DNA of 38,722 nt from a virus. The stretch is taken from IMG/VR virus record IMGVR_UViG_2864804954_000002; one strand, written 5' to 3'. Made by a program: the position numbers and the translations under genes. The notes beneath the pieces are model-generated. The model was not told where the DNA came from. It was given only the letters and a program-made list of their open reading frames with translations, and did no database searches. Shown piece by piece: positions 26,598 through 33,834 of the stretch. Numbering within the stretch: position 1 is the stretch's first letter; each line of letters starts with the position of its first letter.

Positions 26598-26611
26598 TAA
26601 TAGAGCTATTA
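26598..26611. repeat. Dispersed motif TAATAGAGCTATTA, exact copy 4 (part of the near-palindrome TAATAGCTgTATTAATAGAGCTATTA)
   Basis: Exact 14-mer, about 400 bp upstream of the first late gene. Confidence 0.9.
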
Positions 26612-26865
26612 AAGAAAGCTCAGGATAGAAAGAGAAAAACTAAACTGAGCTAAAAGGGGATCTTATAGCCTACCTAGATAAGCTATTAGTTAAGGGTGAA
26701 ATAAAGGATATATAAAATGACTGACCTAGTTTTTATTATTACTCTTATTCAGCCTAAGTCGTTCTAAATAAGTAGTGAGAAATATATCACACTATTCTAT
26801 AAATGTCAAGCCACAAACACTATATGTAGTATGTTTGTATTTAATAAACCACTATATATTGTTTT

Positions 26866-27258
26866 TTAACTCAAGCCATAATCACATACATCTTCTTTCG
26901 TTACCCTACCTTTACTCATTTGTTCCTGCTCAGTCTTCAATAATTTTTCTGCTGTTGCTTTTGTATTTAATGAATTTGATAAGTCCTTATTGGCTTCAGT
27001 AACTTTTATCAAATCTTCAAGTATGTTGAGTTTTTTACATTGCTGTCTTGAAAACTCCTTACTGTAATTTGCATTAAGTGCTTCTACAGCTAAGTCTTTA
27101 GCACTATTAAAATCATTAAGTAAGCTATAAACAGTCCAGTTAAATTGCTTCTGTCTTGTTTCTATAGCAGGAGAATCTGCTGCTTGTTCATAGTCTGCAT
27201 GACTAATAGAGATACCAAATACACTTATAAGAGAGAGAAGGGCAGTCTTAATTTTCAT
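26866..27258 (-). CDS. Secreted/periplasmic small protein (signal peptide, two Cys)
   Basis: MKIKTALLSLISVFGISISHA-D is a signal-peptide pattern. 4-nt overlap with the upstream gene. Confidence 0.6.
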   Translation of the reverse strand: MKIKTALLSLISVFGISISHADYEQAADSPAIETRQKQFNWTVYSLLNDFNSAKDLAVEALNANYSKEFSRQQCKKLNILEDLIKVTEANKDLSNSLNTKATAEKLLKTEQEQMSKGRVTKEDVCDYGLS

Positions 27259-27602
27259 TGTATAAGTTTTTGTAAAGCTTCAGATAGTTCAGTATAGCAT
27301 TCAGTTGTTGAGCCGTTGAATGAGATTTTAGGCTTATAGTGATAGTCCTGCATTTCTGTTTTGAACTTTACTTCCATGTCATAGACTGCTTCTGCTGTAT
27401 CAGGAAGTTCGAGTAGGATCTGCCAGTCGTATGGCATAGCTTTCACAGTACCGTATCGAGTTAAAATGTTATTAACTGTAATACCTAATTTGAAGAATGA
27501 CTCTTCCTTATCCCAACATTTGATTAAGTAGAAGATAGGTTGACCACCGTTCTTGATTGATTGGTCTAGAAAAGACTGACGTTTGCATCCTTTAATTTTC
27601 AT
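27255..27602 (-). CDS. T5orf172 / GIY-YIG-like domain protein
   Basis: FYLIKC...FFKLGIT...R and NGSTECY resemble the T5orf172 (MUG113) signature. Confidence 0.55.
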   Translation of the reverse strand: MKIKGCKRQSFLDQSIKNGGQPIFYLIKCWDKEESFFKLGITVNNILTRYGTVKAMPYDWQILLELPDTAEAVYDMEVKFKTEMQDYHYKPKISFNGSTTECYTELSEALQKLIQ

Positions 27603-27626
27603 TTTAATGATCTCTTTAGCAACCCA

Positions 27627-27650
27627 TTAATAGGTCTTGTAATAGGTCTT
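27627..27650. repeat. Tandem 12-bp direct repeat TAATAGGTCTT(g/t) x2 in a divergent promoter region
   Basis: Read directly. GGTTAAT x2 also occurs at 27710 and 27725, closer to relB. Confidence 0.8.
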
Positions 27651-27755
27651 TTAATTAGTTATATTGTATTAAGGCTTGTAGCGTATCGTAATAAAACAAG
27701 GTCGGTTCTGGTTAATTGGCTACAGGTTAATGCAGAACATAATGAGTAAATTGGT

Positions 27756-28040
27756 ATGAATAACATTGTCCACAGTCGATTTGTGGCTAGTGTTTCAGAT
27801 CTAAAAAAGAATCCAATGGAAGTTGTTAGCAATGGATTCGGTGAAGCTGTAGCTATTCTGAATAGGAATAATCCAGCTTTTTACTGTGTTCCTGCTGATA
27901 TGTACGAAAGGCTGATGGATTTAATTGAAGATAAGGAACTGATCAAGCTAGCTGAACAAGTCGATACTGAAGAAACAGTAAAGGTATCTTTAAATGAGTT
28001 ACGAGCTAGAGTTCGCAAAAGCAGCTCTCAAGAAGTTTGA
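27756..28040 (+). CDS. Phd/YefM/RelB-type antitoxin
   Basis: The N-terminal VSDLKKNPMEVV...AVAILNRNNPAFYCVP pattern is typical of Phd/YefM antitoxins. Directly upstream of a RelE-like gene. Confidence 0.75.
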   Translation: MNNIVHSRFVASVSDLKKNPMEVVSNGFGEAVAILNRNNPAFYCVPADMYERLMDLIEDKELIKLAEQVDTEETVKVSLNELRARVRKSSSQEV

Positions 28041-28260
28041 TAAATTAAATCCTCAAATCGCTGATCAATTTATTCGTAAGTTGGAAGCAATACTAGAGAA
28101 TCCGAAGATACCTAAAAATAAACTGAGTGGATCTAACGATCTATACAAGATAAAGCTTAGGTCCGCAGGATATAGATTGGTGTACCAAGTTATTGATGAC
28201 AGGGTAGTGATATTAGTTCTTGACGTTGATAGACGGGACACCATCTATAAAAATATGTAA
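27994..28260 (+). CDS. relE: RelE/StbE-family toxin
   Basis: 88 aa, with the YRLVYQVIDDRVVILVLDVDRRDTIY C-terminal signature. Confidence 0.8.
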   Translation: MSYELEFAKAALKKFDKLNPQIADQFIRKLEAILENPKIPKNKLSGSNDLYKIKLRSAGYRLVYQVIDDRVVILVLDVDRRDTIYKNM

Positions 28261-28266
28261 GATAAA

Positions 28267-28587
28267 TTAGCCCTCAGTCTTTGATTGTTGGGCTTTTTTA
28301 GTACGTGGTTTAGATGTTTTATTAGTTTTAGGTTTATCTATCCCTATCAATTTGGATTGCTCTATAACGATCTGATTAGCATCCAGGGCATTGTAGATAC
28401 CTATCTCATGAGTAGTAATAGAAAACAGTTCAGGATGTTTGAAATAGGATTCAAATAAGGAAATAGGAATAGTTGGTCCATTTAAAATCAATTTTAGTTT
28501 GGTTGTATCTGTAAATTCAGGAATGATGTCTGAATATGTGACAAGTACGAGCTTGTCAGCTTGATAGATTTTATATACTGAATACAT
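28267..28587 (-). CDS. Hypothetical protein with a Lys-rich C-terminal tail (106 aa)
   Basis: ORF track entry only. Confidence 0.45.
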   Translation of the reverse strand: MYSVYKIYQADKLVLVTYSDIIPEFTDTTKLKLILNGPTIPISLFESYFKHPELFSITTHEIGIYNALDANQIVIEQSKLIGIDKPKTNKTSKPRTKKAQQSKTEG

Positions 28588-28784
28588 AGTTTCTCTTTTT
28601 ATTAGAAGTTTTATTTATTATTTTTGATGTCGTTTTCATATAAATATTAGTTATAGAAAACAGATTAATATATAACATATTTTTATTATATTGTCAATCC
28701 TTATAACTTTTAGGAATAAGAATACCTATTCTACATAGGCTATTTAAAACTATTTTTTGGAATACCAAATAAACAGAGTAGAAG

Positions 28785-28894
28785 CAGACAGTTCAATATA
28801 GAGTCCGTGTTGGGTACGGTAGTACACAATATGGATGATAGATTGAATACTGTCTGTTAATGGTTGATATGGTGCTGTGTCCGTTAGGATACAG
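28785..28894 (+). ncRNA. Candidate structured RNA, copy A
   Basis: P1 is CAGACAGTTCAAT (28785-97) pairing with ATTGAATACTGTCTG (28842-56) and has a 2-nt bulge. The inner hairpin is at 28805-19. The 3' hairpin CTGTGTCC-gtta-GGATACAG is at 28875-94. G.T pairs occur only on the plus strand. Confidence 0.5.
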
Positions 28895-29051
28895 TGACAT
28901 ATAAAGCATGTTACAGATACTAGATCTACAGAATCAGATAGAAATACCAATTCTATTTTTAAATTAATAATTAATTATCTTTTTAAAAGAAAGAGAAAGC
29001 TTTTTTCTATTCTTATATCTGATTGGTATTGAAAGAAAACAGGTTAGTAGG

Positions 29052-29164
29052 CAGTCAGTTCGATGTTTGATATGGATACGTGCCTGTTAAGGTACGGATA
29101 CAGATTAAAGATTGATTACTGACTGTTAAAGGTAAAGTCATGTTTGTGTCCGATAGGATACAAA
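29052..29164 (+). ncRNA. Candidate structured RNA, copy B (paralogue of copy A, 267 nt downstream)
   Basis: P1 is CAGTCAGTTCGAT (29052-64) pairing with ATTGATTACTGACTG (29111-25). The inner hairpin CGTGCC/GGTACG is at 29079-96. The 3' hairpin TTTGTGTCC-gata-GGATACAAA is at 29143-64. Changes relative to copy A are compensatory. Confidence 0.5.
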
Positions 29165-29287
29165 TATGGTTTTAGCTTGTTACTTCTAATTTATTAAATG
29201 TGGTTTCAGTGGCTTTGCATAAGAGTAGGAACGGAACGTCAGTTCTGTTTCTGGTCTTATCACTGAATACTATTAGAATGGAATGAG

Positions 29288-29345
29288 ATCTGAAGCTCCT
29301 TAGAGCTTTAGATTGAATGGTTATTCATTGCTTAATTCTTTTATT
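29288..29345 (+). terminator. Strong 11-bp hairpin, small hairpin and T-rich tract (candidate terminator of the ncRNA region)
   Basis: ATCTGAAGCTC-ctta-GAGCTTTAGAT (29288-29313, one G.T pair on plus), TGAAT-ggtt-ATTCA, then ttgcttaattcttttattcttt. Confidence 0.4.
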
Positions 29346-29878
29346 CTTTAAAAACAAGAAACAATAAATTCATATCTGTTGATAACTTCTACTTTTCCAT
29401 TACCCTACTTGTAATAGTAATGCAGAAATGTCAAAAAAATTAGACAATTTTATTTATAAAACCACTTAAAAACCCAATACTTATATGCTTATTTTAGATT
29501 TTATACACTGTCTAATTTTTTTAGAACATCTTTTTAATTTTTAGACTCTTTTAAATTTAAACTTTGAGCTGTTGTTGCGAACAACCAACATCTAAATCGA
29601 GTCACTATAGAAACAGAGCAACGTCAGATCAAAGTATCACGCCCATGATGGTATCAGATAATTGAAACTATTTGTTGGCGTGAATAACGCACCTTATTTT
29701 TTAATTGCAGTTGTGAATCAGATGTCTGATTAGGGGAATTTTTCTGTCTATTTTTTTCTAAAAAAGCTCTATTTCTCGTATAGAAATGCTAAATTTATTA
29801 GATGATCATTTATTTTACTTTATATAAATATCAATAACTTATATATTATTTACAATAATTTAATGTCAAAAAAAATAG

Positions 29879-29907
29879 TTGACATTGGTATTCAGATTTT
29901 ATACAAT
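29879..29907 (+). promoter_or_regulatory. Near-consensus sigma70 promoter TTGACA-17-TACAAT upstream of the helicase gene, overlapped by the inverted repeat AATGTCA-N11-TGACATT
   Basis: -35 at 29879-84 and -10 at 29902-07. The inverted repeat spans 29862-29886. Confidence 0.7.
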
Positions 29908-29994
29908 ATCCGAAACAGGGGATAAGCACCCTCTAACTGCTTAAACATATATAAATGACATGAAAATATAAGACCTATTTAGGTACACCCAATA

Positions 29995-31899
29995 ATGGAA
30001 TTACAAGATTTAATCATTGACGATGCAGTAAGTATCGAACAAAACACTCAAGAAAACACAATTACAATCAAAGCAGGCGACTCTTCTAAACGCCTTTCAG
30101 ATCTTATTAAAGACTTTCCTGAAAATTGCTATATAAATAAACAAATTACTGGCTGTGGCGGTACAACCCTTGTTTTAAGAAATGACGTTGATTATGTGGT
30201 ATTAGTACCATACGTTAATTTACTCAAATCTAAAGTTGCTGATAACGATCACCTAGACCATATCAATATCATTAAGCGTGGTGGTGAATGGACTGATAAT
30301 GATGCTGAGATTTCTGAACAATTAGCAGATCGTTCAAAGCCAAGAAAGATTATCTGCACATTTGATTCACTCCCTGCCTTGATGAAGATTAAAGGTTTTG
30401 TTCCAGGTGAGTTCAAGCTACTTGTTGATGAAGCGCATACCCTTGTTAATTTAGGTTCATTCAAAGCCCCTAAATGCGAGTTCATTCTGCATAACTACAG
30501 TAAGTTTGCATCGTATGTATTTTTGACAGCTACACCAACTAAACGTGAATATTTCCCTGATCTGATTGGATATTTACCTTTATGTACAATTGAATGGGAT
30601 AACGTAAGAGCTGTTAAATTTAACCTACAAAGATTAGATAAAGGTGTAAGTATCAACAATGCCTTATTTAATTTATGTTTAAGCTTCTTACTTGGTCGTG
30701 AAGAAGGCAACGCACATATCTTCTATAATAGTGTCAAAGAAATCACTCAAGTTATGGAGTGGTTAAGCAAGATTGTTGGTACTGATGGAAAGCCTGTTTT
30801 TAATCGTGATGAGATCCGATTGATTTGTTCTAAGTCTGCTCGTAATGAAAAGAAACTAGATACTAAATTAGGTGCATGGGGATTAGTTGACGATGTTGTA
30901 GAAAAGCCAGTAGGTAAGCTGAACTTCTATACCTCTACAATGTTCGAAGGTGCTGATATTTATGATGAGCATGGTAAAACCTACATCATCATTAATGGTT
31001 TACGTGATTATACCAAGATTGATTTTGCAGTCCTTGTACCTCAAATTTGTGGTCGTTTAAGAGACAGCCAATATAACGAATCTATCAATATTTTATTGAG
31101 CAATGTTCCTGAAGTTGCAAGTTGCACTAAGGAAGAATGGCAATCAAATGTTCTGACTAAGATTAAAGGTTCAAACGATTTACTTGAAGCTTTGAATAGT
31201 CCGACCAATAAAGATAAGCCTGCTGTTGTAAAAGCACTTTTAGACAGTATCGGTAAAGACCCATACATTTTCTTAAACGATGAAACCAAACAATTCTATG
31301 TATCTGATGTTGCTTTAAAATCAGAACTTCAATCTTTTGAAGCTATGGAAGCAACGTATGTAGTACGTGATGTTGAAGGCGTTGATCATAACGCTTCAGG
31401 TTATTCAGCTTCATTCCGTGAACTATTAACTGATGAATCAAAACAGGTTCAATTTACTAGCCCAATCTCAGGTATGTCTAAGCTCTTGAGTGGTTATCAA
31501 AGTTTTAGTGAAACGATGGAAGAGTACGTTTCTGCTAAAGAGAAGCAAGATGATCAAATCGTTGCCTTGATTGATGCTCGAAATAAGAACTTTGCTAAAT
31601 ACTATGATGCTCTTGGACCTGAAAAGATCAAAGCATTGCGCTATAGAAATAAAGATATTGATGAACTGTATGAAGCCCAATTTGCTGCTACAGACAATAA
31701 ACGCACTATCCAGACTAGATTAGCTCTACGTTTAAGTGATTTTATTTCTAACGCTGAAGCAAAAGAGAGATTAAGAACAATCTATGAAGCTTTAGAAATT
31801 AATAGAACTCCAAAAGCAAAAGATTTATTTGATTGGTATGATTTAAAACCAACAAAATTTAAAGGTGAAAATGGATTATTGGTTATTAAGATCAAATAA
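29995..31899 (+). CDS. SF2 (DEAH) helicase-like protein, probable replication function
   Basis: Motif II LLVDEAH, motif III LTATP and motif VI QICGRLRD are present. Motif I reads TGCGGTT, with no Lys. Confidence 0.6.
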   Translation: MELQDLIIDDAVSIEQNTQENTITIKAGDSSKRLSDLIKDFPENCYINKQITGCGGTTLVLRNDVDYVVLVPYVNLLKSKVADNDHLDHINIIKRGGEWTDNDAEISEQLADRSKPRKIICTFDSLPALMKIKGFVPGEFKLLVDEAHTLVNLGSFKAPKCEFILHNYSKFASYVFLTATPTKREYFPDLIGYLPLCTIEWDNVRAVKFNLQRLDKGVSINNALFNLCLSFLLGREEGNAHIFYNSVKEITQVMEWLSKIVGTDGKPVFNRDEIRLICSKSARNEKKLDTKLGAWGLVDDVVEKPVGKLNFYTSTMFEGADIYDEHGKTYIIINGLRDYTKIDFAVLVPQICGRLRDSQYNESINILLSNVPEVASCTKEEWQSNVLTKIKGSNDLLEALNSPTNKDKPAVVKALLDSIGKDPYIFLNDETKQFYVSDVALKSELQSFEAMEATYVVRDVEGVDHNASGYSASFRELLTDESKQVQFTSPISGMSKLLSGYQSFSETMEEYVSAKEKQDDQIVALIDARNKNFAKYYDALGPEKIKALRYRNKDIDELYEAQFAATDNKRTIQTRLALRLSDFISNAEAKERLRTIYEALEINRTPKAKDLFDWYDLKPTKFKGENGLLVIKIK

Positions 31900-31960
31900 T
31901 TTTATTTTATCCAATGTTTACTTGCTATTTTTATGATTCACTATCATATTTTATCAGGTG

Positions 31961-31989
31961 TTGCAATACTATTTTTATTTTGATATACT
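31961..31989 (+). promoter_or_regulatory. Sigma70 promoter TTGCAA-17-TATACT for the antirepressor gene
   Basis: -35 at 31961-66 and -10 at 31984-89. Followed by a structured leader of about 155 nt. Confidence 0.6.
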
Positions 31990-32149
31990 TCTCAACATAA
32001 AGAAAACAATAAGAACATTAGTGGGGCATAGTCAGCCCATATTTAAAAACCTCTCTGACTATAAACAAAACACAACTCAAAATATTAAGTCTGCATCCAA
32101 TCAGGATTATAAGCGGACTCAAAATTATTTTATTCAAAGGATATAAATT

Positions 32150-32917
32150 ATGACTTCATTATCATTACAAACTCAAAATTCTACTCCATTTAATACAGCT
32201 ATTATTACAGCTAATACCGTACCAACTATGACAAGCTTGGAAATTGTAGAGTTTATTAATAACCACAGACAAGCTAACGGTAACGAAACAGTTTTAGCCC
32301 ATTCAGACTTTTTGAAAAAAGTGCCTGAAGTTCTTGGTCATTTAGTTGCAGGAAATTTTTCCTCCATCTACAAAGACAGTCTTAACCGTGATAAGCCATG
32401 TTATGTATTCCCAAAACGTGAAGCTTGTTTAATGGCAATGTCGTACAGCTATGACTTACAAGCAGAAATCTATGATCGTATGACAGCAATGGAACAGATG
32501 GTACTTCAACCAAAACTACCAAGTAATTTCAAAGAAGCTTTACAGTTCTTAATTGAAGCAGAAGAGCAGAAAGAGCAACTAGCTTTACAAGTAGCTCAAC
32601 AACAACAAGTAATTGAAGTGATTCAGCCTAAAGCAGATGTGTATGACATCATTGCTAATCGTGACAACACATACACCATAAGAGATACAGCTAAACTTCT
32701 TAAAATGCGTCCTAAAGATCTTACTGATTGGCTATTAGCTAACGGATGGATATATGGAAAGACTTCAGCAACTTACAAACCATTTGCTGCACATGACCGT
32801 AACCATTTAAAACTTGTTGCTTCAAACTACGGAACTCAAGTTCGAGTGACAGGTAAAGGCTTAGTTTGGTTAGCACGTAAACTGAAAGTAGAGCTTGAAT
32901 CAAGTGATTTTGAATAA
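32150..32917 (+). CDS. Rha-family N-terminal / KilA-C (ANT) C-terminal phage regulatory protein (antirepressor-like)
   Basis: The N-terminal TMTSLEIVEFINNHR... is Rha-like. The C-terminal TIRDTAKLLKMRPKDLTDWLLANGWIY is KilAC-like. AAAGGA lies 8 nt upstream. Confidence 0.65.
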   Translation: MTSLSLQTQNSTPFNTAIITANTVPTMTSLEIVEFINNHRQANGNETVLAHSDFLKKVPEVLGHLVAGNFSSIYKDSLNRDKPCYVFPKREACLMAMSYSYDLQAEIYDRMTAMEQMVLQPKLPSNFKEALQFLIEAEEQKEQLALQVAQQQQVIEVIQPKADVYDIIANRDNTYTIRDTAKLLKMRPKDLTDWLLANGWIYGKTSATYKPFAAHDRNHLKLVASNYGTQVRVTGKGLVWLARKLKVELESSDFE

Positions 32918-33173
32918 GTTTAAGGGAGCATGGGAGGAACTAGATCAGTTCCTTTCTACCTATGATTTATCAATGCTTACTGAGATGGATAAGGACCAGG
33001 TACATAGCCTATTGGAAGAGATCTATCCTGAAAGAATCTCATCAAAACGCATCATCAAATATAAAGACCACAAAAAGAAAGAACATACACATACTGAGTA
33101 TTTCATTAACGCTGAAGAAGCTGAAGCAATACTCAAAAGGGCGAGGGAACTAAGCATTCCCTTTAAAGATTAA
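32895..33173 (+). CDS. Hypothetical protein (start uncertain: TTG 32895 or GTG 32904)
   Basis: ORF track entry. No ATG near the 5' end. Confidence 0.4.
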   Translation: MNQVILNKFKGAWEELDQFLSTYDLSMLTEMDKDQVHSLLEEIYPERISSKRIIKYKDHKKKEHTHTEYFINAEEAEAILKRARELSIPFKD

Positions 33174-33185
33174 CCAGGACCAGGA

Positions 33186-33500
33186 ATGAAAAAATTATCA
33201 AAAAAAGAGTACAACAAAATCGTAAAAGCAAAGATCTTACAAACAGGTTTATATAACGGTAGGTCAGTTGAAGAAGCTGAAATTTGCGATGAATTATTTG
33301 AACACTTATCAGACATCAAATCCGACTACAAGAAAGGTGTATTAACAGCCTTCAATGCTGATGCTGAAATGGCATACAACTTCCTCAAATATGAAAACGA
33401 ATATGCAGATGACCTAGACATTGATTATGGTATTGATGACTTGTACGGATCATATTCAGACAACATGAAAGACATTAAAACACACTTTGGAGATTACTAA
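33186..33500 (+). CDS. Acidic hypothetical protein (104 aa)
   Basis: AGGACCAGGA lies upstream of the ATG. ORF track entry. Confidence 0.55.
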   Translation: MKKLSKKEYNKIVKAKILQTGLYNGRSVEEAEICDELFEHLSDIKSDYKKGVLTAFNADAEMAYNFLKYENEYADDLDIDYGIDDLYGSYSDNMKDIKTHFGDY

Positions 33501-33664
33501 TGATCCCTACATTGATTACGGTTTACGCTCTTTTGGCGTTCCTTATGACGCTACAGCTCGTTCAAGTAAAGCTGTCACCAACACAAAATACAACTCTATT
33601 AAAACTTGTATTGCTTCAATGCTTAGGCGTTAAGCGCATACACGAAAACAATTTTAAAAGTTAA
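33500..33664 (+). CDS. Small hydrophobic protein (54 aa), not in the ORF track
   Basis: TAATG coupling to the upstream gene. MIPTLITVYALLAFLMTLQLV is a TM-like segment. Followed by a terminator-like hairpin. Confidence 0.4.
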   Translation: MIPTLITVYALLAFLMTLQLVQVKLSPTQNTTLLKLVLLQCLGVKRIHENNFKS

Positions 33665-33672
33665 TCCTTTAG

Positions 33673-33707
33673 CCTTACATTCGATTTGAGAGTAGGGTAT
33701 TTTTTTT
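33673..33707 (+). terminator. Putative intrinsic terminator ending the rightward operon
   Basis: CCTTAC...GTAGGG (6 bp, one G.U pair) followed by T8. Confidence 0.45.
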
Positions 33708-33834
33708 GCCTAACTTTTAATAGTGCTTAATATTATATAATTGGATTTATGGTTTAAAGCTCATCTATATTCTTTGTAGAAAGACTGTCCATATTTCACA
33801 GTATATTAGATGTAGTGGTATAGCGAATCTCTCA

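Noticed and set aside
26210-27002. Track ORFs 26210..26413 (+) and 26775..27002 (+)
   Set aside because: They have no SD and odd composition (Cys/Val/Arg-rich or Leu/Ile/Tyr-rich). The second is antisense to a better-supported gene.
28750-28950. The 66-aa minus-strand ORF from the track, and a type III toxin-antitoxin (ToxIN-like) or CRISPR reading of the 28.7-29.3 kb repeats
   Set aside because: The ORF lies antisense inside the structured element and has no SD. The repeats are 267 nt apart, divergent in sequence and only two or three in number, unlike short identical ToxI or CRISPR repeats. G.T pairs favour the plus strand, which points away from the 106-aa gene.
31958-32146. The 62-aa plus-strand ORF between the helicase and antirepressor genes
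   Set aside because: It uses a non-ATG start, has low-complexity composition, and spans a good promoter and the structured leader of the next gene.
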